The notes below the pieces were generated by a model. It was not told where the DNA came from. It ran no database searches and worked only from the letters and a program-made list of their open reading frames with translations. From the human T2T-CHM13v2.0 reference genome, Homo sapiens, in assembly GCF_009914755.1 (NCBI RefSeq), contig NC_060931.1: a stretch of DNA of 64,000 nucleotides. The stretch is one strand, 5' to 3'. The first letter of the stretch is position 1, and every line of letters begins with the position of its first letter. Position numbers and translations under genes: made by a program. Of the stretch, positions 27,299-42,702 are shown in pieces.

Positions 27299-28519
27299 CA
27301 AAATTATTGGACCATAATGATCATTTTATTTCAGCAATTTTCACAATGAGAATGGATAACAATGAATCATTTACTGGGTTTGTATGTGGGCAATTCAGGA
27401 AATGGTCAAAAATATTAAATGAGTTCTTCATGACTCACTCAGTCACAGTTGTCAGAGCCAGTCTTGGTGATTTCTTTTAGCTGATTGCAGCCACTCTCAT
27501 CTTTGATGACTCTGCTTGGTGCAGAATATCACTTCTGCATCTGCTCATTTGTCCAAACATTCCATAAGGATTATCCAGCTCTGCGTCAACACTGCCTGGA
27601 GCAGGAGGACAGCGAGGTGAAGAGGGCCGAGCTCTCCTATTCAGATGGACCTTGTCATTTTGTTTTATTCCCCCTCCTTGAACCCTTCATAAACAATTCA
27701 AAGAAATGTACAAACCCATGTGACAAGCAGTGAAGCTCACCTGGCAGCCACTGCCTGTCTGGGGCCAAGACTCAAGTGTGGCTGAGCAGGACAGAGGGTT
27801 CCCAGTCAGGAGATGTCAGCCATAGGTTGAGCTGTAAGATGCCCTGAGGTCTTAGGGACAGTGAGTGTCCCCTGAAGACCACAACAGCACCACGAGATGC
27901 TAGGGAGAGCTGTGTCAAATGCTGTTCCTATGGACTCCAAGCCAAGAGGGTCTGCCAGAGGCTAAATGAATTGTTATTTCTTATGAAGAGAACAGGAAAA
28001 AGTAAACAGAAAATATTCAAAGCTATGAGAAGGCTTTTCTGGAATAAGGAAATATTTCACAATGCAGATTAACCCACAAGAAACACATTCTGGAGAACAC
28101 ACAACAAGGCACAGCCCGTGAAATTACTGTATCTCAAGGATGAAGAATCATGTAAGTATTCAGGGGGAAAAAAAGCGAGTTACATTTTGGGGAGGAAGTA
28201 GGGTTTCCTATAGTAACCAGAAATGCCAGAAGATAAATGAAACTGCCCACCAGAATTGTTACACAGTAAATTTCTCCTTCAGGTAGAAAGGCCACAGAAG
28301 TTCTCAAACACGTAAGAATCTAGAGAGATTATTGCATCAATAGTTTTTTTAAATAAGATTTTTAAACACAAAGCGCAACAAAAGTGCTTCATAAGATCCC
28401 TACACTAATCCAAACACAGCATTTATGGTACTGAGTATTCAATACATTTAAGTATATAACTATGGAAAGAAATAATTGTGGTGAATAGTGATTATAGAAA
28501 AGGATGTAACTGTGATTAC

Positions 28520-29340
28520 CATGAGCACTTAATATAATACCAAACATTTGTAAGGACACAAAGAAATGGGATGGCTCACACATTGCGGGTGGGAATGTAA
28601 AATAGTCCACTGATCCTGGAGTGGGGCGGTTTCTAAAGACTAAACCTGCACATATCATACAACCCAGAAACTGTACTCACATGTGTCTATTCGGGGGGGG
28701 TCCCTGAAAATCACTCAAAAACCTGCACATGAGTGTACATAGATGCCTACTGGTGATACCTTAAAACTGGAAACAACCTAAATATCCTTCACCAGGTGAC
28801 TGGTTAAACAAACAGTGACACATTCATGCCACAGAATAGTATTCGGCAATAAAAAGGAATGAAATATTGATACATGCAACAACATGGATGGATCTCGGGG
28901 GATTATGTGGAGTGAAAAAAGCCGGTATCAAAAGGTTAGTTACCTAATATGTGAATCCATGTATGTGATATTCTTGAAATGACAGAATTACAGGGATGGA
29001 GAACACATTCTTGGTGCCAAGGCTTGAAGAATCCTGGTGATAGAATTATTCTGCGTCTTGGTTTGTGGTGGTCACACAAATCTACACATGTGATAAAATT
29101 GCATGGAATTAAACACATACACATATAAGTACATATAAGGCTCATGAAATCTGAATAAGGTCAGTGGATTGCATCAAAGTTGATTTCCTGGTTGTGATTT
29201 TGTACTATATAATGTATATATGCAAGATGCTATCTTTGAAGGAAACTGGATGGAGGCTAAACAGAATCTCTGTACTATTTCATATATTTCTTTGTAGATG
29301 TGAATCTATAATTATCTCAAAATAAAAATTTTAAAATTAA
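28520..29340 (+). mobile_element. L1MC/MD 3' end fragment
   Basis: AAACTGGAAACAACCTAAAT.TCCTTCA...AATAAAAAGGAATGAA...ATACATGCAACAACATGGATG. Confidence 0.75.
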
Positions 29341-32300
29341 ATAACAATATAAATAAGAAAAATGGGGAGTTATAGGATAATAAATAACTAAAGCCTAATG
29401 CTAAAATGCTTAGTTAATCAAAATAATGGTCTTTTAAAGGTTTTTATAACCTTTGCTTAAATTTAAAGAGATAATTTAGAATCAAGATAAAAATAAATTT
29501 CAGTTGTTCTAATTTCACTTTAGTTTCTTTTAAGTTCAAGTAAAATTAAATGTAATATAATTTATTTCAAAATAACACATGTAATTTGATTTTATTGTTC
29601 TACAATTATTTCTGCCCATTTTTTCTTTCTTGATATCTGCAACTACACACAGACACTAGACTTAGAAAATTTTGCACGTAATGCCAAGAATGATTACTTC
29701 TTGTTAATGGGATTTGATCTAAATTTTTAAACTTTCTTTATTATATTTTTAAACATCTGATTTTTATCGTGGATATGTGTTATGTTTAACCCTAAATAAA
29801 CAACAACCAGGAAACAAACAAACCACCAATAAAAAAGCACCCTCTGACCTTGAGGAGATCATTGTCCAGAATGATGACAAGCATGTAAACAAAGATTTAC
29901 AAGGCAGGTCAAAGTCTTCACAAACACACAGAGAAGGAAGAAGCTCAAGCTGCCTGGAGTCAGGAGTTAAAGAAGGCTGCCCAGGGCTGATGAAGCATTT
30001 ACAATACTGTTTTTTAAAACAGTCACTCTTGGTAATTTTACAAGTTCTGGCTGGAAAATCACACCATAGTAAAAATGGTTTCAAGTCAGACTTTCTGCTA
30101 TGAAATCCATTTTGGCTAGTTTTGATGATTTATTGACACAACTTTATAAAAGGTAAAAACTGTAAGTAGAAAAGCTTGGATTTCAAGGCCAAAAAGTGGG
30201 CTTTTGTTTGTAATAAAGAACAGTTTTCATAAGCAGAGCTTTACTTGAATAAGACACTTTTCAAAAATTCATTTCTATTATTTCAACTATCATTTATTTT
30301 TATCTTTATAAAGATGCTATTAAGGCCAAACACTGCAGTATGCTAGTAACCTACTGTTTTCACTTATACATACAATAAATGAGCTTACAGATTATTAATT
30401 TTCATAATTAGTTGGCAATTTTTCTAATCATTAAATAGCAGGTATTAATTTGTCCCTTTATCTTCTTAATCTCTGAATATACAATTCACATATTTTTCCT
30501 CAGGACTTGACACCACACCAAAAGCTCTTGTACTCACAGGGATACATAATCTAAATCTTTCACCAAATCTATGTCTAATATTTGTACAGTTGACTGAGCA
30601 TGTCCCCATCTATTTACAAGGCCTAATTGTGTAATAAGGTAATTGGCTATCATAAAATCATGGAGGTGGACATTCATCAGTCCAATCTCACCCACAGTCC
30701 TAGCTCTCCTGAAACATGGTCCCTCAGCTACCGAGTAAGCAGTAGAGTAGTTTTAGGAAACTAGTTCTTCACAATCTAGACAGAAATATGCCAGTGGAAT
30801 TGATCTCGTATCTCTATAGACATACCTTGTGTATTTTATACTATCACAATTTGTGTTCAGGAAGGCTCTGTAGATTGCAAATGACAATAACTATCTCAAT
30901 CATGTGAAAGAAGAATGGGGTGGTGAGAGTTCTTTGCAGAGTTCTTTGCTGAATAAATTATAGAATCTGGGAAATACCACCACCACCACCACCAAACATG
31001 AAACAGTCCTTGGTTTTTTTTGTTGTTGTTGTTGCCCCAAGGGCTTCCACATCAGTAATTCATGGACCTTCCCTTTGCAACACAGCCATCAACACCTGAC
31101 TACACACTTGTCTCTGTGTTTTAGTTCAAATAAAACAGAGAGATTTAAATAATCCACCAGCCTCTAGGGAGCTCGTGCTTGCGCAGTGAATACCCAGGGT
31201 GGAGTGTGAGTTCTGCAGGAGGAGAGTGAGAAGAATACATCAATATATTGTGATGCCATTAATGTTGCTAATTCCATTGATTTCCCTTTTTTCACTGAAT
31301 TGCATATTGGAATGTTGGCTAGGTACAGCCATTGCTTATGAACTGTAGCACTGGCAATGCCAGCTTTAGTTTCACAGTTCTTCTCAAGTGTCTGCAATAA
31401 CACATCACACATGTGGGTAGTTAGTGCCATTTTTTATAACAATGAAAATATGGTTTGAACCACTTTCACAAGTTAATAATCCACAAGCAACATATAATTG
31501 CAAAATTGTCCACATACTACATAAAAGAGATGTCATTTTTGAAAACCAGATGTGATGACATTTGTAGAGTATTTAACTCAGAATACATGTCACATAGCTG
31601 AGTAACGTTTATTAAAACCTCATGTTGTATCTCCTGATTGTATATGTAAATGTATTTTTATGGGTTTTGGAACTTATGTGCTTCTGTTTTTTTATGGTTC
31701 TGAAAATGAGTAGAACAGGGTGGGGAAGAAAACCGAGACCTGTCTCACCCCGTAGTGACTGGTTGTAAAAGCCACATTTTTGCACAAATATTATGATAGA
31801 AAGTTGCCATGTTTGTTCATTAAGGAATAATATTTGAATTTCATCATGACAAGCAACTACTGTCTCTCAGTAGAAATTCAATAACAACTTGCCATTGAGG
31901 GGTGGAGAATTGGAAATTAAGCCAAGATGCTGAGGTTCTCTTCTTAGACAAGAAGTAATTGTGCTGTTCTGTGATGTTGAGGAAATTACTCTGTGTCTCT
32001 GAGTTTTACTTTCTTTGTCAGTAGGAAATGAAATCGCATATGAGGGGACTAAGACTCTACTGTATGACAAATGATTCACTTACATTATGTCTAAGCCTCA
32101 GAACAAAAACACAGCCATCCCCAGATGTTTCACAACTGGCAGATAGAATTTAAAATCAAATTCTAACAGCCTCTTATCTTGCGTGGGCTCTCAGCGTACA
32201 CACCCCTACTCAGCCCTGCCTAAGAAATTCACAAAGGATCCAGGCCCAATGCACGCTCAAGAACAAGCCTGTGTCACCTGGATGCCCACATCTCTGTGAC

Positions 32301-34579
32301 CTGGCACCTGTGTTGTTACTTCCGGCTATCCCCTCACTCCTCCATCTCCCTGGGTCTCACAGGCTCTGCGAGTCCTCAGTCCCTACTCTTCTGAGAGAAT
32401 GTGCCCTACCCAAGGCATTTTTCCCAGGACTTCCAAAGCTGCAAAGCCTTTGCAATAACCCCAGGCATTAAATACTCAAGCATCTCCTTCTGCCTGCTAC
32501 CGTTTGCATTGCCAGCAAAATATCTTTTAGAGTTACTTTTTGGAGTTAGAGTAAATATTTCTATTTCCTTCTTGCAGTGGCAGTACCCAAAGAACATAGA
32601 GAAAGCCCTTAGCCAGGGCTATATAATGCCCAACTCAACATGACCCTTGTCTTCCTCTCCAGCCTTATCCCCAGCAAATTCCTTGTTCTTAGAAACTCAC
32701 ATTCTAACAGTAGTGAGCAGCCCGTAGGCCGCTTCATACCTCTTTGCCTTGTGTGATCTTGCTCTCTCTCCAACTCCATTCTAACATGGTTGAAAATGTG
32801 CTTCCTCCATTCTGAGAGGATCTGGGCAGCAGAGTTCATCTTTGTGTCCTCTGTACCCTATGGTTTGTCCAAACACATTCTGCTGTTATCGAATCAGGTT
32901 CACAGTTTTGCCTTGTTTTGTTTCAATTTGGATCTTCTATACTAGTCTGCTCCTCAGAGGTCCAGTCAATGTTTACATTCCTTTGGGCATCCTTGCCACT
33001 TAGCAGAGTGCCTGGCCCATAACTGATGTTCAACGAACAATTGTTAGTGAATGAGTGAGTGAAAAATGAATAAACAAATTACAGTCTTCAAAGGGACATG
33101 GTAGCAAGAGATCACCATAGGGACCTTCATGGATTGAGCTGAAGGTTGCCCTTGAGAATCGCATCGAGCTCTCCAAGCATCATTGTATTGGTGTAAAAAG
33201 TAACATAAGAGGTAAGAGTGCGTGAAGAAATGCAGAGAGCACGACCAAGTTCCAAATAATGGCAGCTGCTGGCTTTCTCATGAGAGTCTCGGAAAGCTGA
33301 GACACATTAGGCAATGGCCGCTGCTAGGAGCCAAGGGAACCACCAATGGCAGACGCACTAGTGATGCTGGTTCGGGAAGGGCTGCAACTCCAAGGGCCGC
33401 TGGGTGGAAGGTGATGGCAGGCTTCCTGCCGCCAGCTCACATCAGGACAGCGTCCACCCATCGGGAGGCATCAAACACAGGCCATCCGGGACTTCCGTCT
33501 CTGCCAGAAAACCACGACCCTCTCCCTCCCACACGGCATCCTCTCCGCTATCCCAGTGGGCAGGGCAGAGATTGTTTTCAATACATTCTCCTGAAAAGAG
33601 AGAGAAAGCCATTTTCCCAACAGAAAGCCAGGGAGCAAGAAGATCTCAGTGAGCCTTTCAGCCAGCGACTGGAAACTTGAACGGACCCAATCTTCACATT
33701 TTGATAAAAGGCAAGGGGCAGGGAAGGGGGTTGGAGCTAGAAACAGGATAACAAGAACGGAGGTCATGTGAAATCTAGTGAGAGAAGTGTTCAGTAAAAA
33801 CCAATACAAACACAAAAAAAAGAGACGAATTTCAAACCAAAATGAGGGTTTAATAATTCTTTTATTGCTGGAAAGAACTGAGTTCTTCCAGTTTCTCATC
33901 GTGAGAAAGGAACTAATATGTGCCTGATGCTGAAAGTCCAGCAAACCATTTCAATTGCTGAGTTTTCCAGGTAATGGGGTATTTCTTTTGTAAAAGCTAA
34001 CATTTCCTAAATTTTCGTGTTTTCTTCCTCTGTTGCACCTGTGGCGTATGAAATTCAAACAAGTCACCTAGATTAAAATATTTCTGCGAAGGCTATTAAA
34101 CAGTGCTGCTTGTGCCTCCGTTTTTTTTTCTTCCTTTCTTTCTTTCTTTTTTTTTTTTTTTTTTTACTGAAAGCAAGTTTTTGGTGTAGAAATTAAATAT
34201 CTAATGCAAATTTTTAGAAATAGATGTGAAGCTTTTCTTAAAATTCACTAAAATGTCCAGGGTGCTGTAATAATTTTGCTACTATGACTGTTGGACCTAG
34301 GAAGAAATTCACCTTGTGCTTAAATACAAAGTATTTCAAAATAAACTAGTGTTTATTGATCGTAAAGCAGTAAATACTCTTTAAACAAAAACATAAAAAT
34401 GCAGAGAAGTAGAAAAAAGAAAACAATCACTTCTTAGTGCCATTGTACAAATACAACCATGTTTTTAAGAGTACATTTCTTTTCAGCGTTTTCCCTCTCT
34501 GTAAAGGGGTCTTGTTTTCAAAGTTGTCATTAACTCCATGTACAATTTATGTGATGACTTTATACAAAATGTCATCTTA

Positions 34580-34911
<332 letters not shown>

Positions 34912-35722
34912 ATAACAATGACTACCATCTGTGGAATATTTTCATGTCATAGCTGCTTTATATGCACCAACTCTAATCCACCCGATCCAATGCAGGAAGT
35001 GAAATTCTTTCTCATTGTAGTGACTACAGTAGTCCTATGTGAAATATGTAAGTGTATTTCCAGGGCCTCCACAGGTTCACTTGTAAATTTAGACTAGCCT
35101 TAAAAATGCCTTATTTACCCACAAAGACAGCACTTCCAAGCTGAAAGAGCAACAACAGTTGCTGGTGTGCAATCTCATTTTTAAAAAGAGAGAATTAGGG
35201 CCAAAATAGATTACGCAATTTGCTCAAAGCCACACAGTGACCCAAGGTCTTGGGGTCAGCCTGCCCTAAGCCTGTTGATTGCTCTCTAGGGCTTTCTACA
35301 ACTTCCACCACCTTTCAATCAGTGCCACTACAATTAGCTTTCAGTAGGGGAGGCTGCTTGGAGCTTTCTTGCCCCTCATACCTCTTCCCAGTTCTTGCTA
35401 GGGAGCTCTCTGGAAAGCTATAACAGAAATATAGTATACATTATGTAAATATTCCTTTTCTGTCTTGAATTCATACATAGTTCCTGCCAGAGAGATGCAA
35501 ATTTGTCCTAAAACTCTCTTGGGCCCTCTTTGGGGCTGAAGTCTTTGTTTTCTGAAGAGAAAGACATTTTCTGTAATTTTACCACACAATGAGAAGAGCA
35601 TTTTAATAACAAGAGCAAAATCATCTCAAGCTCGCATTTCTCCCACATTCTTCTGTCTCTCCAGTAGGCCCTGGAGTGGAGTGATCTGAAGCAGGGTGGC
35701 ATTCTTGGGGTAGAGGATGTAA

Positions 35723-36058
<336 letters not shown>

Positions 36059-37949
36059 TAAAGACAAAATCATTTTAGAATTTGCTTCCCTTTTACCCAC
36101 CATCAAACTCTCTTGTGGGAGGGGAAAGTTAATTTCAGTTGAAACAGTGACATCCCTGGAAGATAAGTTGCTATAAAAACACTCTTCTTCTGTTCCTTCT
36201 CCTGTGTGCCCAGTCAAGCTGAAGGTCAAATACATGGAAAAGATCTCCAAGTTTCTAAATCAGTGCTTACCAAGTAGCCATGCACTTGACAGGAGAGATG
36301 AGACACTTGCATATTTTTCCACCCCATTTCCTTTTACATCAAACACAATGCTCCTAAGCTGGGGTGTCTGTCCTGGAGAATGCAAAGATAGAGATCCTCA
36401 TTTGGGTGACGAGGGAGGAACACCTTATCGCATGGGAGAAGGGGCAGTCATCAGTGGAGGGACAGAAAACCACATCAGATAGAGAGCTCGTCAGTCCATT
36501 TGCCCAGGGCTCTCCCAGGCCTACAGTGAATCCCGTACACCCTAGGGCCCTACAGATTTTGGCCACCTAATTTACAAAGGTAACCTGTGTCATAATTGCT
36601 TAGGATTGCACAGCAACACCTCACTTGCCCAGAGGCCACTTACCTAGAACCTCACTTGTCCAGAACTTAACCAAGATCTCAGGAACAAAACTGGTCTCTG
36701 AGAAGTTTAATGAGTGCACTAGTACACAGCTCAGGCTCTGAAGTTTGGTTTACGACACTCACAGGAGAGACCTCATCCAAAGCCAATGTCATCCTTATGT
36801 AATTCTAACCAGCACAATTGTTAGATTTCTCAGCCACAAATAGATTAGAAATCTCAAGTGTTTAAAAGGTGATGATTGACTTGCTCACCTGGCAGATGAT
36901 GAAAAGGAAAGAAAAACATTATAAGTTAGTGAATGCATAGCCACCCAGATGTAGAATCAATGTAGAGGCGAATACACCTGCACCTCCGTAGCTTCTCGGG
37001 GGTCTCCACAGATAGCTCCATCTATCAATGAATGCCAAGAAGGACGACTGCCCTTGGTTCCATCATGCCCTTTAGATAGCAGCTTATACATCAAATTTTC
37101 AGAAAAACCTTCCTCCATGGCTTCGCTTGAAGCATCCTGAGGCCCTCATTCTGTTTCTCAGCCCCTGCTGTTTCCTTCCCAGTGCCTATCACAGTTCACA
37201 GTCATGTTCTTCATGACTCTCCTGTGTTCCACACTTGCCTACCTCCCGTGCATGTGGCACGTGGCCGTGTCCTTCTTGTTCATGGTTGGCTGCCCATCCG
37301 AGCTCTGTGCTTGTCACATGGAAGGTGCTTGATAAATAAATGTTGGATGAATAAAGAAATGTCACTGAGAAGCATTTACATTCCTTGATTACAATACATC
37401 ACTTTAGAAATACTCATTTCAATCTACAAATGCTCCACAGAAAGATAGATACAAGGACATTCATTTATCAGAGGGACAGGAAAGGTGGAAGGAGGTAACC
37501 AACATTGATTGAGCAACCATCATGTACCAAGAGCTTTAATTTTCACAATGATATAGTAAAACAGGAGTGATTAGGTCTCACTTCACTGAGGAAGAAACTG
37601 AGGTTGAGTAACTTTCCAGTTTTATGCAATTAGTGGTAAGCTGAGCTGAAGCCTGAGCTTCACATGCCATGACTTGGATGGGTAAGCTTCAATTACTCTC
37701 ACTTAAAGGCTAGCTCATGTGTTGTCAGGGATGCTCAGTGGGCCAGAACCAATAATTGGGTTCCAAAGGGAATAATTAAGATTGGAGCAAAACCTTGTAG
37801 ATTGGGGCTGAGTCAAGTCTGAACGTCAAAACAGAGAGACCAGGTTCAAAGAGCAGACGTGGAATCATAAAAACATAGAATCAAAAGACAAGAGTCCCAT
37901 AAAAACAGGATCTGAGTCAGTCTTCAGCCCACTTAAATCTTTCTTCCAC

Positions 37950-38870
37950 CCCCAAACTTTCCCAAAACAGCACTCACTAAGGTCACTAATGACTTCAACA
38001 TAATCAAATCCAATGGGTAATACTTTATCTTTCTCTTCCGTGGCTTCTCAGCAGCATTGGCATTCTGAGCACTTCCGCCTTTGTGAATCATTGTTTACCT
38101 TGGGCTTCCCCGTCTTCCTTACCTATCTGTCTGCTTCATCTCAATCTTACTTGCCACTTCATCCTCCTCCACCTCAGTCATAAATGTGGTTTCCAAGATC
38201 AATGTGAGACTTCCTCTTTCTCTTTCTCTCCATCTCTCTCCTCTCCCCCTGCATCCCCCCTCCCCATAAACTCATTCATTCTCCTGACTTTAAATATTAT
38301 TGACAGATTGATGACTGTTTAAAATTTTATTTTCCATCCTACACCACACCTCTGAGCTTCAGACTTGATTTTCTTACTGCCTACTTGGCATTGCTTCTTG
38401 CATATTTCAAGAGAAGCCCAAATGTAAGGATTTCCAATACAAATTCATCATCTTGATCCTCATTTTCTTCAGTAGTCCCAACTTGAGAATGAGCCCATCT
38501 ACCCACTTGTGCCAGCCAGAAATGCAGTATGCATTCTCATTATCTCCCTCTCCCTCAATCCTCAGATGTAAACCTATCCATTTAAAACTTCTAAGCTTCT
38601 CTAGACTTTGCCCATATCTCTTTCTCTCTAGCCACCATCCTGGTTAAATAAACTATCTGTTTTGTTTTTGTTTTTGTTTTTTTTCCAGCAGAACCACCCC
38701 TGATTAGCCTCTCCACCTCCACTCTTGCGCCCCCCCAGTTCATTCTCTATGTTGCCAGGAGAGACATCTTTTTAAAATATAAATCTGATTACATGATCCC
38801 ACTAAATATAGAATAAAACTTCAAGTTTTAACATGGTCTATGTGTCCCTGCATGATCGACTTCTGCCTTG
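37950..38870 (+). mobile_element. L2 LINE remnant
   Basis: AAGGTCACTAATGACTTC..CAAATCCAATGG...CTCAGCAGCATT; CTCTGAGCTTCAGACT; pyrimidine-rich L2 ORF2/3' motifs. Confidence 0.6.
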
Positions 38871-39206
38871 ACCCCTGCTCAATCTATGAGACTGGGGAGT
38901 GACAGGTGGGTTCCCAGCTCCAGGAGTGGTGAGTGACCCACTCCTGGACCATCAGAGCACTCTGCCATGGAGACAGACACCACATCCAAGCCAGACCAAT
39001 GGGACTCAATCTCGGTTCTTTGCGCTGAGTGGGAAAGAGAATTTCTCCTTCCCCTTTCCCCTGCTGAGTGGGCCAGAAGCTCATGTGTGATGCTGCCACC
39101 CTCTTGCCCACACAGTATGAAAATGGAGCCGACACACAGGAAGTCAGTGGGGGCAAGTAGAAAGATGCCAGTGGATGTAGCTCAGTGCTGGCACCATTGA
39201 GCTTCC

Positions 39207-39532
39207 AGGGCAGGGCCACAGACTTTCTCTCTAAGGGGCCAACTAGTAAATCTTCTAGACCATGTGGGCCATGCGGTCTCTGTTGCGACTCCTCAGCTCT
39301 GTTATCCTAGCATGAAAGCAGCACAATGTGTAAACAAAAGAGCAGAGCTATGTCCAATAAAACTTTGTTTATGGACGGTGACATTTGAATTTTCACATGC
39401 TCTGAAAAACTGTTCTTCTGTTGATTTTTTTCCCCCAACCATTGAAGAGGTGTAGGAACCATCCTTAGCTGGCTGGCCCTCCATCAGGCAGAGGCCAGAT
39501 TTGGCTCACAGGCTGTCACAAGCTGCACCTGC
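39207..39532 (+). mobile_element. MER58B (hAT-Charlie) fossil
   Basis: TGTGGGCCATGCGGTCTCTGTTGCGACT.CTCAGCTCTG...CCAATAAAACTTT.TTTATGGAC...GGCCAGATTTGGC. Confidence 0.75.
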
Positions 39533-40789
39533 CACTCGCTCTAGGCTTTTAGAAATGGAGCCTGTAAATTCTCTCTCTCTCTCTCTTTTTGGCTTAAGCC
39601 AATTCTGGATATTTTGTTTTTCTGTCACTTGTAAGTGAAAGAGTCCTGAACTTCTTATTCTTCATGTTTAGTATCTGGGATTTAGTTTCCCTCTTTTCTT
39701 TGCTTAAACAGCTAAGAAATCTAAAACAATCAAACAAACAAAAACTAATAGAAATGAATGCTTAAGCAATCTTTTCACATTTGCTAAGATTAAAAAAAAA
39801 GTTTGATAATACCTTAGCTGGTAAACTGTGGTGAAGCTGGGACTGAATGCATGTTTCAACACTAATATGAACAATTCATACATAGAAACACCAAAACAGT
39901 TACTTATAAATTTACTAACTTAAAAGCCTGAAATGTGATAAAAAGAATTTATTTTAAAATGCTATATTTGTTTGACACTGTCAGGTTGAACACCCATAAC
40001 TAGAAAATATATTAGACTTTACTAGTAATATTTTTGTCATTGCCTTAGGTGGAATTTATTACCAATGCAGAATACATAGTTAAAAGTGTTTTCAACAATA
40101 CTTTCATTCATTTACCCCAAATTCAAGTTGTCTGTATCAACTCTCCATTTATCTTTCTTTCTATCCATTACCTCTTTTTTGGTCATTAAGTTGGTTTGCA
40201 GTATTTTAAAAACTGATCTTTTAGTTTAAAGTAAGGAAAATGAACAAATAATTCTGATAAATTTATCTCTATGCCAATAATTAACCTAATACAATCTACA
40301 ATATTGAAACACATGCTTAAAATTACTTTTGATAAAAAAAATTTATTTTCGTTGCCACAGTGCACATCCTGAAGTGGATTCAGATGTGCAAACTCATGAT
40401 GAAAGGAGATTTAAGTCATGTACTGAAAAGTTAGCAGAGCATTAGCTTTAGTATTTGGACTATTCCTAAATAATAGCTTTAATAGTATACTCAGTGGGCC
40501 CAAGGATACATTTTTGTGGATCCTGAAGTTTTTTCCATATTGGTCTCAAAAATTTAGAAAGTTACCAGCAAGGAATATGTCCAGTTTCATCTTGACCTCA
40601 CCAGCATTATATAAACATATATTATATATATAACATATTTACATATTTATATATATATTACTAAAAAATAATTTAAGTTTCCTCTTCTCTGTTTCCTAAG
40701 AAAGAAAAATATTTTTAATCTCTATTTGTTTTACTCCTATTTGAGTTAAACATTCACACTTTTTGTCCATTTTTTATTACGATCATTAT

Positions 40790-41065
40790 TATTTGAGACA
40801 GGATCTCACTCTGTCACCCAAGTTGGAGTGCAGTGGTGCAATCTCAGCTCACTGCAGCCTCCACATCCTGAACTCAAACCATCCATCCTCCATGTCAGCG
40901 TCTCAAGTATCTGGGACCACAGGCACCCACCACCACGCCCAGCTAATGTTTTTGCATTTTTTGGTTTCACTATGTTACCCAGGCTGGTCTTGAAGTCCTG
41001 AGCTCAGGCAATCCATCTGCCTTGGCCTCCCAAAGTGCTGGCATTACAGATGCGAGCCCCCAGCC
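40790..41065 (-). mobile_element. AluJ-like SINE
   Basis: TTTGAGACAGGATCTCACTCTGTCACCC...CTCCCAAAGTGCTGG; highly diverged. Confidence 0.9.
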
Positions 41066-41939
41066 TCGTGTCCATTTATTTTGAGGCCGTTTGCTTCACT
41101 CTTCACTGTCATTTATAATTTGGTTTAGATTATTCTCTTGTCATTCTCTGCTATCTTTTTCCATCATAGCTTTTTAAAATATATGAATTAGGCTCCATTT
41201 ACTTTTATATTTTTATATTAGATAGGTGTTAAATATCTTTTAAATACCACATTGACTTTAAGCCCTCTCAAATAGATTACTGTAATTTATATACCTAACA
41301 AATCAAAAATATTAAGGCTCCTATTGGATTGGTAATTAACATTGTATTATGTGTGCACTTTTTCTAATCTCTATTAGTTTAATTGTAAATTCTGACATCT
41401 CTGTGATTTTTATTTCAACTACAGCTAAACATTTAAAGTAATTTAATTAGCTTTTTTATGAGAAATAGGCAGTGCAATTTCATTAGCATTTAGTCTCCCC
41501 ATGGTTTTCCAAGAAGTCTGAAAAAGTGCCCCCATCCCCACCCAAGAAGAGAAATCGGTATCCAATTTTAATTTACTAATTAATACCATGGTTTCCATCT
41601 TAAATAAGGTGTAGGCAAGAGACGTACACTTCTCATAAATTCTAGGTGACTTGTATTCTTCATCAATCAAATATATTTGACTACAAAGTGATAGCCACTA
41701 GGAAATAACTTTCTGTTGTTTCATTTCATGCAGGTTTAGGCACGGCAAAGAGATGGCAGGGCACACACCTTCCTGAGGCACACCACGGTTATCCAACCAA
41801 ACCTACTTCCAGATCTTACCTAAAGGGAAACTAGTCAAGGCCCGAAACACTGAAGAAAAGCATCACTGTGCCAAAGTTTTAGAGTCTGATGAGATAAAAC
41901 ACTATTTAGAGAAATGTGTCACCACCTTCTTTTTTAACT

Positions 41940-42350
41940 AGTGGTGAATGGATAAACAAAAGGCAGTATAGCCACACAATGGAGTACTATGCAGCAGTAA
42001 AAAGAAACAAACTACCAATAAATGCAGAAACATGGAGGGAAATTATTGAGCTGAGTGACAAAAGCCAAACACAAAATGCTTCATACTGAATGATTCTTTT
42101 TGAAATCTAGATTCTTTATGAACTTATACAAAATACAAACTATTCTGTAGTGACCTCAGATAGATCACTAGTTGTGGGAGGCCACCGGCAGAGGCAGAGA
42201 GTTTTGCAAAGTAGCATGGAAACCTCTCTGGGTGATGGAAACATCCTGTGCCTTGATTGTAGCAGTGCTCATGGTGTCACAGCACAGTGAATGGACACTC
42301 TAAATAATGCAGCCTTTTGCTTGTAAACTATACCTTGATTAAGTTGAAGA
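41940..42350 (+). mobile_element. L1MC/ME 3' fragment
   Basis: GGTGAATGGATAAACAAA...CAATGGAGTACTAT.CAGCAGTAAAAAGAAAC. Confidence 0.65.
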
Positions 42351-42702
42351 TAAATGGCTAATTAGTACATGAACAAAGCTTGATGCCATTAGACAATAAA
42401 GAAATGCAAAAACAAGATAAAACCATTTCATGCCTGAAGTTTATTGCATAGAAATTTATCTTAATTTTAAAGGTGCAGATCTTTTAAAAAGAATATAAAT
42501 AAAAAATTTTTAAACTAGAAACAAAGCACTCAAATTCTACTTGCAAATGTGTGAAATTGTATTACAGGTTATTCAGTTAGCATTGTATGGAAATACTTTA
42601 AGTGTCCTTCAGTAGGAAGCCAGGTAAATAAATTAGCTTCAACTTAATGGAGGTATAGTTACATACAATAAGCCAGATCTATTTAGAGTGTCCTACATAG
42701 AC

